DNA of 64,000 nucleotides from Felis catus (Eukaryota), in NCBI RefSeq assembly GCF_018350175.1, contig NC_058373.1, positions 109,122,001-109,186,000 on the forward strand. The letters run 5' to 3'. Each line of letters opens with the position of its first letter. The first letter of the stretch is position 1. The notes under the pieces are model-generated. The model ran no database searches, was not told where the DNA came from, and worked only from the letters and a program-made list of their open reading frames with translations. Shown in pieces: positions 14,890-28,407 of this stretch. Both the position numbers and the translations under genes were made by a program.

Positions 14890-15960
14890 TAAAACATAAG
14901 GATGAATATATGGAAACCAAAATTAAAAACATAACACCACTTGTAACTTATAAAATGAATTATTTAGGTACAAAGTTAACAAAACATGAGCAGGATGTAT
15001 ATTCTGAAAATTACAAAATACTGATGAATGAACAACAACAACAACAAAAATCCCTAAGTCAATGGAGACAGAAATCATGTTGAAGAATTAGAAGACCCAA
15101 CATAGTAAATTCAATGTGATAGCATTACCTATCTAAAATAAAATAGTGATAGTCCCAAATGATGTGAGGATACAAAGAAGCTAGATTGTACTTATACTTC
15201 TAGGTATACAAAATTGTGTATCTACTCTGTAAAGGAGAATGGTTTCATACAAAACTACACATGTGCTCAGCACATGACCTGTAACTACAGTCTTGGGTGT
15301 TTATCCCAAAGAAATGAAATTTTAAATTCACACAAAAACCTGTACATGACTGTTCACAGGAACTCTATTTTGCAATAGCCCCAAACGAAAAACACTACAG
15401 ATTTCCTTCAGCAGGTGAATAGCTGAACAAACTATTGTGCATCCTACTCAGCAATAAAAAGGAACAAACTATTGATACATGCAATAATTTGGATGGATCT
15501 CAAGGAAATTATGCTCAATGAAATAAAGCTAATCTCAAACGTCTACATGATTCTACTTATACAACATTCTTGAAATGACCATATTAAAGAGAGACTAGAT
15601 TGGCCATTGCCAGGATTCAGGAAAAGTGGTGGGGAGACAGGTGACTGTTGCCATAAAGGGTAGCACGAGAGATCCCGGTGATGGAACTCTTCCATCCTGA
15701 CAGCGGTAGTGATTGCACGAAACTACACTTGTGATAAAATTGTTTGGCATAAGACCACACATGCGCGCACATACACACACACACACAGCACACACATTCG
15801 TGTGTGTAAAAGAGATGAAATCTGAATAAGGTTGATGAATGGTATCAATGTCAACTTTCTGGTTATGAGGGAAACTGGGTGAAGGGTACATAGAATCTCT
15901 ATGATTTCCTACAAGCATGTGAATCTACAATTATCTCAAAATAAAAAGTGTTTTTGAAAA
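14890..15960 (+). mobile_element. Old L1 (L1MC-like) ORF2 remnant and 3' UTR
   Basis: tattctgaaaattacaaaatactgatg; ggatggatctcaaggaaattatgct; tgtgaatctacaattatctcaaaataaaaag 3' end. Confidence 0.75.
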
Positions 15961-16469
15961 GATAAAAGTTTTGTCCCTCTCTTTTGACAAAGAGACAAAC
16001 AGCCCTCCCATAAACCAGAACCCCTGGAATACCAACTAATAATAGGGCATAGCAGTCATCTGCATTAACACGCTTTTATCAAGTGCGACTTTTCATAAAG
16101 CCAAAAATACTTGAGGAAGCCCCTCAGTAGGAGAAGTGTCTGTAGCCCTGAGTTTACATGTCCCAGCCTGGCAAGAAGATGACCTGAATCTCACCAGGGA
16201 CAATTTTAGTTTGTCCTTCAGCTCCAGGGTAGTAGACCTAATACCAAAATTCTGACCTGAGGGCATTAGCCTCTAGCACAAAACCAAGGGTTTTACCTGC
16301 CCCCCCCCCCCCGCCCCAGAAACAAACAAAACAAAAACAAAAGACACCTTTGCTTTGGGAATCTATGTGCAACCTTGCATTTTATAACAAAGCTCTCTGT
16401 AAAATATTCTAGCTTCATCCTCTTAAATGCCCAAAACACTTCAAAACTGTCTTGAAAATTTCATTTAGA

Positions 16470-16710
16470 GGGGCGCCTGGGTGGCGCAGTTGGTTAAGCG
16501 TCCGACTTCAGCCAGGTCACGATCTCGCGGTCCGTGAGTTCGAGCCCCGCGTCAGGCTCTGGGCTGATGGCTCGGAGCCTGGGGCCTGTTTCCGATTCTG
16601 TGTTTCCGATTCTGTGTCTCCCTCTCTCTCTGCCCCTCCCCCGTTCATGCTCTTTCTCTCTCTGTCCCAAAAATAAATAAACGTTGAAAAAAAAATTAAA
16701 AAAAAAAAAA
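16470..16710 (+). mobile_element. Young felid CAN-SINE (SINEC_Fc-like)
   Basis: CpG-rich ggggcgcctgggtggcgcagttggttaagcgtccgacttcagccaggtcacgatctcgcggtccgtgagttcgagccccgcg, long A tail. Perfect 16-bp TSD gaaaatttcatttaga (16454, 16711). Confidence 0.97.
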
Positions 16711-18382
16711 GAAAATTTCATTTAGACAAAGAGTTTGTTTGGCCCTTGGTGATGTTTTATACCTGAACAAAATCTTTACACTATTATTTTCCCTTTAAGG
16801 AATCCTTTATTTATATTAGGTTTGCAAATTTTATCTAATCTAATACACTGAGGAAGCAGTGTCAAAGGAAAGGGAATCATTCCTTCCCGAAGTTCATGGA
16901 GGTTTTCAAAGCACTCTAACACTGTTCTGCCATTGTTTGCTATTTCATTTGCTCACTGATTGATGGTCACCTATGAATGTTGGAAACATGCTATGTCTTT
17001 GGATATACGCAAACAACAGCCACAACACACAGCCATTATCTTCAGAAGCTTCTAATATGGTGGTTGAGTGAGATATTTTAACCAAAAAACAAACAAACAA
17101 AAAGCCAATACTATTTTATCAATGAGATGTGAGTGACATTCTGGGAAAGCATGAAATGACTTAAAAGATATCCTTCCTACGATGGTGAACAGATTTATGC
17201 TTTTTTGTGAAATCACAGTGTCTAATATTTTAACAGAGTGGCAAGCCGAATCTCTCTCCTAAGGCTTAAACACAGCCTAGCAGAGATTTCAATATTGTTT
17301 TCTTAGATTCAATTGGTTCAGACTTTGAAAGAGAAAATGACACCAACCATTTAATCCTTGCCAAAACTGTGCAGGTATTATTATTTCCACATTACAATAG
17401 TTATTAACAGATCCATAGTTTGGATGATTTTAAAGCCCTTTTGCTCTATCTATAACACAGAATTGCTACTGGATACAGAGATAATCAACAGAAATTTATC
17501 CCAGATCAACTTGTAACAGTTGGAGGCACATTTGACTATACAGTCTAAGCCTGATTTGAATGCTATCTATTATGGCTCTCATGACAACATGTGGCCCTTT
17601 TGGAAACATTTCCTGAAAGATCCTTGGATTAGGACTCTGGTGCCTTTTGTGGAGCCCAACTACCTGACAACACTCCCATCAACTGATAGCAACATGACCA
17701 TCTGTCCCCTGCTCTGACTTTCCTAATCTTTTTTATATTCTCGCTCCTTCTCAAACTGACCCTTACTCTTATGCCACTTGCTCCCACAATAAATGTAACC
17801 ATCTGCGTTTAGCTCACATCCTCTCAAAAGTTTCTCCATTTCGGAGTGACTGACTCAGAGAGCTCACACATATCCCTGATCTAGGGTACAGACTATCATG
17901 AAGCACCTTATTAGCACATTTAGAGACTGGGGGTGTGGACAATTCAGTCACTGTGGAAGTACATGCCTCTAAACACCCAACAGGCAGATTCGCACACACA
18001 GTCAGCCACAGTTCATTAACTGTATTAAGATCTCCACGTCATTGACCTTCCCTACAAATTTGACCCCTTCTGTTTTCACCTTTTAAATGTCTAGCATAGA
18101 TTACTACTGTTTCTCATTACAAACATTTTGTATTACTCTTCCCCATTATATCATCTATGAAAACCCCATCCTGATTTATTTCACCTTGGCTAGCTATATC
18201 ACACAATTCTGATGAATGCTTTTATTTTAAAACAATGAACACACTTAAAATGGGCACTCGTCCATACCTACCATGTCTACTACAGTTCTCTGACATTTAT
18301 AAAGCATGTAGGATATACCTGAAGTTTATGATAACAGGGTCCATATTCCCCAGTATGAAGTAGGCCAGGCATGTGGTTTAGG

Positions 18383-18606
18383 TTTTTTTTTTTAATTTTT
18401 TTTTTAATGTTTATTTATTTTTGAGACAGAGAGAGACAGAGCATGAATGGGAGAGGGTCAGAGAGAGGAAGACACAGAATCTGAAATGGGCTCCAGGCTC
18501 TGAGCTGTCAGCACAGAGCCCGACGTGGGGCTCAAACTCACGGACCACGAGATCATGACCTGAGCCGAAGTCGGTCACTTAACCAACTGAGCCACCCAGG
18601 CGCCCC
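18383..18606 (-). mobile_element. Felid CAN-SINE
   Basis: Full length. TSD gtttaggtttttttt on both sides. Confidence 0.95.
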
Positions 18607-19361
18607 TAGTTTAGGTTTTTTTTGTTTGTTTCAGGATGCTTTCCTAAATTATGGTTTAAACATCAGTTCGGTTCTTTTTGTTTTATTTCATGTTTTGGTA
18701 GGCATGAATTATATGTATACTGGGTCTTTATGCCTGTGTTCTCTATTACCTGTTTGCATACATGTACCTCTTTATTTTAGTTTCATTAATTTTTTTTGCT
18801 CTTTTTATTTAATTCTCTTTAATTATATATTCTTATAACTATTATTATATAATAAAAGATAGAATGTGGGCACCTTGCAATTTAGTCTTCACTTGTAATA
18901 TTATTTTATCTCTTTGCTTTCATTTATTTTCTGACTTTGATCAGCTCCCTATATTTCTTTTTCTATATTCATTTTTTTTTAATTTATGACTTACGAACTT
19001 CTTTCTTAAGTTTGTTGTTCACTACATTTAATGTAGTTTAGGTGTTGTATCAATTTTCTTCTGTACCATGGCTTTTTGTAAAAGTGTGTTTTCATGTTGA
19101 AGTTTTATTTTCTTATTTCTTTTCCAGTGTCTTTATATATCTATATATAAATTATCTTTTTTTTCCTGTTTATTATTATTTGTGTTGTATTTTTCCTAAC
19201 CAGCAAAAGTAGGCAGTCTTGTGTGTATAAGGGAAGGAGGAGGTAAGGGAAGAGTGTGGGGGGCAGGTTTGCTTCTGTATCTTACCAGATTCCTTAGTTC
19301 AAAGGTACCCTTTACTGTTACAGCAGTTAAGTGCAATTTCTTTGTAAACTATACAATTTGC

Positions 19362-20525
19362 TTTTTGTTTTTCTCTGTGTTTTTTTTCAATTTTTTATTT
19401 AAATTCTAGTTAGTTAACAACCAATAACATAAATTGGTTTCAGGTGTAGAATTTAGTGATTCATGACTTACATATAACACCCAGGGCTCATCACAAGTGC
19501 CCTCCTTAATACCCATCACCCATTTAGCCCATCAACTCACCCAACACCCCTCTGGCAACCCTCAGTTTGTTCTCTATAGTTAAGAGTCTCTTATAGTTTG
19601 TCTCCCTTTCTCTTCCTTTCCCCCCCGCCTTCCCATATGGTCATCTGTTTTGTTTCCTCAATTCCACATATGAGTGAAATCGTATGGTATTTGTCTTTCT
19701 CTGACTGACTTATTTTGTTTAGCATAATACACATTTGCCACGTCATCACAAATGGCAAGATTTCATTTTTTGATGGCTGAATAATATTCCATTGTATATA
19801 TATAAACCACATCTTCTTTATCCATTCATCAGTTAATGGACATTGGGCTTTTTCCATAATTTGGTTATTGTTGATAATGCTGCTATAAACATTGGGGTAC
19901 CTGTGCCCCTTTGAATCTGTAGTTTTGTGTCCTTTGGGTAAATACCTAGTAATACAATTGCTGGGTCATAGGGTAGTTCATATGGCTGCTACCATATCTT
20001 GGCTATTGTAAATAATGCTGCAATGAACATGAGGGGTGCATATATCTTCGAATTATTGTTTTTGTATTGTTTGGGTAAATACCCAGAACTGTGATTGCTG
20101 TATCATTGAGTAGTTCCAATTTTAGTTTTTCGAGGAACCTCCATATTGTTCTCCAGAGTGGCTGCACCAGTTTGCATTCCCACCAACAGTGCAAGAGGGT
20201 TCTTCTATCTCCATATCCTCATCAATACCTGTTGTTTCCTCAGTTGTTAATTATCCTGACAGGCATGAAGTGGTAACTCATTGTGGTTTTGATTTGCATT
20301 TCCTTGGTGATGAGTGAGGTTGAGCATCTTTTCAAGTGTCTGTTGGCCATCCGTACGTATGTCTTCTTTGAAAAAATGTTCATGTCTTCTGCCCATTTCT
20401 TTACTGGATTATTTATTTTGGGGGTGCTGAGTTTGACAAGTTCTCAATAGATTGTGGATACTTATCTTTTATCAGATATGTCATTTGCAGATATCTTCTC
20501 CCATTTTGTAGGTTGTCTTTTTGTT
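19362..20525 (-). mobile_element. 5'-truncated carnivore L1 with an internally repeated segment
   Basis: Poly-T, 3' UTR (aaattctagttagttaac...), ORF2 C-terminal remnant (ORF-track HCWWECKLVQPLWRTIWRFL, CPLTDEWIKKMW). Confidence 0.92.
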
Positions 20526-20544
20526 TCATAAATAATACAATTTT

Positions 20545-20750
20545 GGAGGCACCTGGGTAGCTCAGTTGGTTAAGCATCCAACTCTTGATTTTGGCTCAGG
20601 TCATAATCTCATGGTTTATGGGATCGAGCCCCACATTAGGCTCTGTGCTGATAGCATGAAGCTTGCTTGGGATTCTCTCTCTCTGCCCTTTCCCCTCTCT
20701 CTTTCTCTTTCTCTCTCTCTCTCTCTCTCAATAAATAAATAACATTAAAA
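20545..20750 (+). mobile_element. CAN-SINE
   Basis: ggaggcacctgggtagctcagttggttaagcatcc head, CT tract, aataaataaataacatt tail. Confidence 0.92.
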
Positions 20751-21030
20751 TATACATATTTTATTATATATTATATATATATCCATAAATAATTTGGTTT
20801 TATCTTCTTATATCCTGTTCTTAGTCCTCTTATCTTAAGACACTTCCTTTCATCCCTTTACCACTAAGCTTCCAAGAAAAATAGCAGTCTTCCAAGGCTT
20901 TCCTTTCCCACAGAAGTATGGCCTTCCCCAAACTATTTCTTCTCATCCTAAGCACGCTCCAAGCTTCCTGACTCCACATAAGCATGTACTCTGGTTCACT
21001 ATGTCTCACTCCTGCCCTCAGATTTAGAAT

Positions 21031-21278
21031 TTCTTTTAATGTTTATTTATTTTTGAGACAGAGAGAGAGAGAGACAGAGACAGAGAGAGACAGAAACAGA
21101 GAGACAGAGCATGAGTAGGGGAGGGGCAGAGAGGGAGGGAGACATAGAATACAAAGCAGGCTCTAGGAGGTTCCAAGCTGTCAGCACAGAGCCCAATGTG
21201 GGGCTGGAACTCACAAACTGTGAGATCATGACCTGAGCCAAAGTGGGACGCTAACCAACTGAGCCACCCAGGTGCCCC
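21031..21278 (-). mobile_element. CAN-SINE
   Basis: Reverse-complement head ...actgagccacccaggtgcccc and GA-rich tract. Confidence 0.93.
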
Positions 21279-21944
21279 TGTCCTCAGTATTTTGCATTGT
21301 GGATGGTGAACCCTGATCACTGTTGTCTGTCCTCCATCATGACTAAGACCACTTGCCTCTTCCTCTGTTCTGTATATCTCCCTTCTGACTCTCAGCTCGT
21401 TGCGGGTCCCAGAGTCAACTCTGTTGGTTTCGTGATGTATTTCCCACTGTTCAATTCAGTATAAAAATTTACAATATTCTCTGTCTCTTACCTGAGCTTT
21501 AGGCATACTCTTAAGGTGACTTCATTTGCTCTCCTTTTAGTCTAGAGATTTGGGGAGAACATTTGTGAGCAAAGTTTGGCTGCCACGATTATATTATGGG
21601 AATCCAGAGGTCAGCATTATGTTTTTAATTTGTATTTCCTCTTTTGAGAAATGCCTATTTGTGTCTGTTCTCTATCTTTCTATTGAGTTATCTTTTTTAT
21701 TAATTTATAGGAACTCTTTATATATTCTGGAAGTTAATCCTTTACTGATTACTTATATTTCAATATTTTCTCCTAATTCATAGATTATTTTTTCACTTTT
21801 CCTGTGGTGTATTTTGATGTACAGAAAGTGCTAATATTGCTAAAGTCAAATTTTTAGTATCTTTGTTATTAAGTCAAAATATGTCATGTTTAAGAGATTA
21901 AGAATTTAAACATATATTTAATCAGAAAGATTTTCTATATATTA

Positions 21945-22606
21945 TTTTTTTTATTGTGGTAGGAACACTTAACATGAGATTTACCCTCTTAACAAATGTT
22001 TAAGTGTGAAATATAGTACTGTTGACCTTAGGTGTGATGTTGCACAGCAGATCTCTAGAACTTATTTATCTTGCAAAACTGAAACTTTATACCCATTGAA
22101 AGCAACTCCCCATTGCCCCTTCTCTCAGACTCTGGGAACCACCATTCAAACACTATTTTCTGTTTCTAGGAGTCGACTATTTAAATAACTTACATAAACA
22201 GAATCATGCAGTATTTATCCTTCTGTGACTGGTTTATTTCACTTAGCATAATGTCCTCTCATTTCATACATATTGTTTCATATAGCAGGATTCCCTTCTT
22301 TTTATGGCTGAATAATACCCTATTGTATGTGTACAGCACATTTTCCTTATCCATTTGTTCACTGATAGATTTAAATTATTTGCACATCTTGGCTATTGTG
22401 AATAATGCTGTAGTGAACATGGGAGGGCAAATATCTGTTTGATACACCAATTTTAATTATTTTGAAGTGGAATTGCTCTATCATCTGGTAGTTCTATTTT
22501 TAATTTTTTAAAAACTTCCATTCTGTTTCGCATAGCAGGTGTGCTATTTTACATTCCCACCAATAACGTACAAGAGTTCCATTTTCTTCACATCCTTGCT
22601 GACAGT

Positions 22607-22655
<49 letters not shown>

Positions 22656-23525
22656 GTTTTTTTTGTTGGTGGTGGTTTTTGGGGGGTTTTTTTGGTAGTA
22701 GTAATTTTAATAAATGTGAGGTGACATCTCAGTGTAATTTTGATTTGTATTTCCCTGATGATTGGGGATGCTGGGCATCTTTTCATATACCTGCTGGTCA
22801 TTTGTATGTCTTCTATGAAGAATGTCTAATTCAAGTCCTTGGCCCATTTTTTAATTGAACTGGTGTATTTTCACTATTGAGTTGTATGAGTTCCTTATAT
22901 ATTTTGGATATTAACCCATTATCAAATGTAATGCTTACAAATATTTTTTCCCATTCATAAGCAGCATTTTACTTTTTTAGTGCTTTCCTTTGTTATGCAG
23001 AGGCTTTTTAGTTTGATATAGTTACACTTGTCTGTTACCAATTTTGTTACCCATTTTTTTGGTGTCATATTCAAGAAATCATTGCCAAGACCAATGTCAT
23101 GAAGCTTGCCCTATATTTTCTTCTAGGAGTTTTATAACTTCAGGTCTTAAGTTTAAGTCTTTAATTTTGAGTTGATTTTTGTGTATGGTGTGAGATAAAG
23201 ATCCAATTTAATTCTTTTGCAGGTTAATAGCCAGTTTTCCCAGCCCCATTTGTTGACAAGACTATCCTTTCCCTATTGTGTATTCTTTGGCGCCCTTGTC
23301 AAGTTGGTCAACCATATATGCTTGGGTTTATTTCTGGGCTCTGTATGGTCTATAAGTCTTTATGTCAGTACAATCCCGGTTTAATCACTATAGATTTATA
23401 ATATATTTTATAATAAGGAAGTGTGATACTTCTGGGCGTGTTCTTTCTGAAGACTGTTTGGGCTATTGGGGGTCCTCTGTGGTTCCATATGAATTTTAGG
23501 ATTTTTTTCCTACTTCTGTAAAAAA
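21945..23525 (-). mobile_element. L1MA-like (L1MA9-type) 3' fragment of ~1.6 kb, flanked by older L1 remnants (~21610-21940, ~23530-23800)
   Basis: attgtggtaggaacacttaacatgagatttaccctcttaacaaa...cagcagatctctagaactta 3' end, continuing into antisense ORF2 (tgtggttccatatgaattttagga). (CT)n at 22609-22650. Confidence 0.85.
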
Positions 23526-24498
23526 TCACAGTTTTTAATATTTAAATCTTTAAAGTTAGAATTGATTGGTGTGGTATGGAGCAATTAAATTGAATTTTTT
23601 TCCCATACGGGTAACCTTTAATACCAATGACATAATTATTGAATGGTCCTACCTTACCTACAGATCCACATTTGCCTCTCTCTGAATTATATAAAATCTC
23701 CCCATATGTCTGGGACAATATTTAGGCTCATTATCTTATGCCATTACCATATGTCAATTTGCCTGTCCCTATGCCAAAATCACTCGGTCTTAATTATTAC
23801 ACATTACTCCTCCTCACTCCAATGTTGCATCTGTCTCCAATACTCTAGTAAATCTGTTTTCATCAAGTCCACCAGTAAGCTCCATGTTGCAAAATATAAG
23901 TGGAATTTTTCACATTTTATTTTATGCGTCTTTTAGAAGACTTCAAGACGTTTGTTCATTTTCTCTCTTGGCTTACATAAAATTAAATATTTCCATTTTT
24001 CCTATAATGTGAGCAGCTACTGCTCAGTGTTCTTTCTAGACCTTTCTTGTCTGCTTGACATCTAACTGCAGGAGGTTTCTCAAAATTTGATCTTATACCC
24101 TTTTCTCTTTCTTAGCCATAATGTCATTTTGCATGATCACAGCTAGGTGTTGATGGTCTTTCATATATTAATGGCTTCCAAATTTATATGCTCTTACGAC
24201 CCCAGAATTATATCCATTGATAAAATATTTATTGAGCATCCACCATGTACCAATCACTATCAAAATGCTAATTATTAAGAATAAAAGAGGCAAAATTGCC
24301 TGTCTGCATGAAATGTTTATTCTAATAATTCTAAGAATTATTCTAATTCTTTAACAAAGGAGTGAACTATATATATAATACTTCAGGTTGTATTAACTTC
24401 TGTGAAGAAACCTAAATCAAGGAAGATACCTAAAGACTTCAGCAATGGAGATGCTGCAATTTTGACTAAGGTAGAAATCTGACTAGAGATTCAATAAT

Positions 24499-24570
24499 CT
24501 TATTTATTTATTTATATTTTTAAGACAGAGAGTGTGTGTGTGAGTGGGGGAGGGGGCAGAGGGAGAGGGG

Positions 24571-24615
<45 letters not shown>

Positions 24616-24738
24616 CTCAAGCATGCTGCATGCCCAATGTGGAGCTGGATGCAGGGCTCCATCCCACAACCCTGGGATCATGATCTGAGCCAAAATCAAG
24701 AGTTGGATGCTTAACCTACTGAGCCACCCAGGCACCCC
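24499..24738 (-). mobile_element. CAN-SINE
   Basis: Reverse head ...gagccacccaggcacccc, (GA)n tract, short tagagat flank repeat. Confidence 0.92.
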
Positions 24739-24751
24739 TAGAGATCTTAAG

Positions 24752-25311
24752 CAGAGGTTAACAAAGTACAGCCTGAAGGCCAAATCTGGCCCACTACCTG
24801 CATTTGTACAGCCACTGAGTTCAGAATGGTTTTTACATTTTTAATGTTAATTTGTTTTTGAGGATGACAGAGTGCAAGCAGGTGAGGGGCAGAGAGAGCC
24901 AGTGACACAGAATCCAAAGCAGGACCCAGGCTTTGAGCTGTCAGCACAGAGCCTGATGCAGGGGTTGAACTCACGGACCACGAGATCATGACCTGAGCTG
25001 GAGTCAGACACTCAACCGACTGAGCCACCCAGGCACCCCACAGAATGGTTTTTACTTTTTTAAATGATTGAAAAATATCAAAAGAAAAATACATTCCATT
25101 ACATTTGAAAATATATGAAGTTCAAATTAATGTGTCCATAAACAATGTTTCATTGGCACACAGAAATATTCATGTATTTACTTATTATCTATGGCTCTTT
25201 TCATGCTCCAAGGGCAAAGTTAAGGAGATGAGACAGAGACCACGTGGCCCACAAAGCCTAAACTACATTTGTACTATCTGGTCCTTTATACAAAAAGTTT
25301 GTGGATCCCTG
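24752..25311 (+). mobile_element. MER58B-like hAT-Charlie non-autonomous DNA transposon, split by a SINE
   Basis: Degenerate TIRs cagaggttaacaaa ... tttgtggatccctg. Internal ggccaaatctggccc and gaccacgtggcccacaaagcctaaa...tactatctggtccttta. Confidence 0.8.
24837..25039 (-). mobile_element. CAN-SINE nested in MER58B-like element
   Basis: Perfect 15-bp TSD cagaatggtttttac (24822, 25041). Confidence 0.95.
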
Positions 25312-26949
25312 AACTTGATCAATATGCTCTATCGCTTGCAAATAAAAAGTCTCACATGGCAAAGTTCTCTTTGGATTCAATGCCAGAAGAAACTATGTAA
25401 GCCTTTAGACAAATGTGTTTGCTTCTTTTAATAGAAAAAAACATTTCTCTTTTAATTCAGCTGCCAGGAAAACCAAAAGCTCAATATGACCAACTTCAGT
25501 AACAATGACACTCCAGGTGGCCAGACACCTCTATTGTGTTTAATCCTTTACCTGCATGTGTATGTGTATATGTTTATGTAGGTTGATGTACAGTCTTGTT
25601 CTCTCTTGATTTTAATTTATGAGAAGTCTATGATTTTGTGTGAAAGCCAATACAAATATGAACAAACATAAGGATAAGTTGTGTTTGGTATAACTATTTT
25701 AAAAGGTTATCCATGAAATCATAATGACCAAACTGTCTTTCTCTGTTACAGGATTTGGAATTATGGAACGAAACAAGCACATGTCTAAATTTGTGAGAAG
25801 TTATAGTGCTCCCTGTAACAAAAGTATGGTCCTAACTTATGGAATATGTAATATTTTCATATATAACTCAAGGAAAATACTAATATTTGAAAGGCTTTTT
25901 TCGAGATCCTTAAATAACTGTGCAGGAAAGTACAAGTCTCAGTCAACTGGAAAATTTACTTCTGTGACCCAACTCATGCTTTGCCACTAAGATTCTTATG
26001 CACTGTTGCCAACAGTGAGGTATATTAAGATAAAGTGATGATCTCATGTCACATGTTTCATTAGTTAGAAAGTAAAGGTCATAACAACTTTTCTCTCAAC
26101 TCTTTTCGAATCTTATATAAAATACTTTAAAAATGAAGTGTGAAGAAAGAAAATCAGACTGTTGGTTTTATTTGCTTGTTTGTTTTGTTTTGTTTTTGAA
26201 TCTTTTGTCTTATTTTTGAAACTTTTACAACAACAGCCCTCAAAAAGCCAAATAAATGAAATTCTGTGCATGTGTAGAAAGATTTCAATATAAGAATTTT
26301 CTTAAAACCAATTACAGGTAAATTGAATATCAAGAATATTAGCTCTAGCACCCACCAAGTTTAGACTATACAACCAGGCATTTCTGTTGTATATGTGTCT
26401 TATGTAAGTAATTAATTTGATGGCTTTCTGATATCTGTTCATTAAAATATTGAGCTCTTAAGGGAACTTGGGTTCTTACAAGGGACTTAAGAAAATAAAA
26501 TTTGTGTACATTTTTGAAATGTTACATAGTAAATGACTGTACAAATGAAAGCAGTTTTCCCAACCCCAACACCAGTAAGAATACAAGAACCTTTTTTCAA
26601 TATTGGAAAACCGTAACATTAATCTAATATTCACAGCAAGTTAGGCAGCACAAGCTCATTAAAATTCCAAGTTTCATTGTTCCTGATTATAATTACACCA
26701 ATGCAGTTTAGTAAAATTATATACCTCTTACTGATTAATAAAAACAGAAGCAAGAATTGTCACAATCCTGTTATCATCTGGCTATTATTACAGAGTAACA
26801 AAGATCACATAATTGTAATATGTCTATAAAGATTCAGAGATTTCGATATATACAAAGTACATTATGTTTAGGAATAGTGAATTTACTACACCATTCTCAA
26901 TGCAGGTGAGAACCACCCTTCTCTATGTTAAAGAAGAAAACCAAAGTTA

Positions 26950-26950
26950 A

Positions 26951-26982
<32 letters not shown>

Positions 26983-27126
26983 ATTTAATATATCTATACA
27001 TAGATAGATTTAATATATATATAATATATATCTATATATTAAAGCATTTATATATAAGCATCTATAAATATATATAAATATATATAAAAGCATTTATATA
27101 TAAGCATCTATAAATATATATATACG

Positions 27127-27155
<29 letters not shown>
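26950..27155. repeat. Compound (TG)n/(TA)n microsatellite with internal 46-bp-period duplication
   Basis: aaagcatttatatataagcatctataaatatatata at 27041 and 27087. Confidence 0.9.
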
Positions 27156-27159
<4 letters not shown>

Positions 27160-28201
27160 TACCTTGAATGCTAACACTTCACAATCATTTAAATTTTTAT
27201 TAAGGAATTAGAAAATGTTAATTATTCACATAATTATTCTTCTCTGTCTGCCCCCTAAACTGTAAGTTTCATGTGTCAAAGACCCTGCCTATCTTGCTCA
27301 GTTTCATCTCCAGTGTGTAGCATAGCATCTAGAACACAGTATGTAAGGAATAACTGACTGATGTAGGGCAAAGAGCATTGACTTTAGAGTCAGAACCCTA
27401 GGAATTAGAAGCAAACATTTTCTCTGCCATTACATTCATTAAATGTGTATTCCATTACCTCTGATCCTTGGTTTACATTCTTCCAGGTGTCCCAGGCCCA
27501 GAGGCCAAGTACCTCTTGGTGTAACCATAAAATAGTATCAGTAGGTCAATGAAAGCAGAATGATTTGATCAGCCCTGTGAGAATGCAAGCCCAAGGTGGC
27601 AGGGCTGTCTCATTCACTCGTGCATTGTAGAGGCTGGAACAATGTCTTGAGTCTAAACAGAGGCTTAATCAACACGTAATATTCAAGATTGGAACAGGAA
27701 ACAGATGTTTAAAGTAAACATCAACCTATGCATCAATATTTACCTAAATATTTATGAATTCTCGACAACACTTCTTGTCAAGCTTCAGCTCCCAGCATAG
27801 AGAATTTTACTTTCTTTTAGAAAAAATTTTTCATCTTCCCTCTAACCATACAAAACTTTATTACAAAGTTAATAAGCCATTATTAAATCAAAGTCCTTGT
27901 AACAGAAAATTAAAATGATAATGAAGTGTTACCATTAACAATAAAGAGGATTTGGGGTTTGGGGTTTAGGTTTTGTTTGTGTTCTTACTATATGGAAGGA
28001 TGGTTCTCAACTGTCTTGAGAATGGTTGGATAAATGAATTGCTTCTAATCATATTGTGCTCTGTTATTTATTGAAGTGTATGAATCATTAAACACATGTA
28101 AAATTATGTGACCATTGATTTTATTACTTTTACAATACACTCTGAAGCCAAGTACTAACTGTCAGATTAAATGGGGGAAATTCTCTTTGGATGTACTAGC
28201 A

Positions 28202-28407
28202 TTTTTTTTAATGTTTATTTATTTTTGAGAGACAGACAGAGGGAGCGTGTGAGCAGGGGAGGGGCAGAAAGAGAGGGGACAGAGGATCTGAAAAGGTCTC
28301 TGCGCTGACAGCAGAGAGCCTGAAGTGGGGTTTGAACTCATGACCTGTTAGATCACGACCTGAGCCAAAGTCGAACACTTAACCAACTGAGCCACCCAAG
28401 CGCCCCC
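28202..28407 (-). mobile_element. CAN-SINE
   Basis: Flanking direct repeat ttggatgtactagcatttt (28187, 28414). Confidence 0.95.

Noticed and set aside
16470..16560. tRNA-like A/B box sequences
   Set aside because: They are SINE heads continuing into CT tracts and A tails, not tRNA genes.
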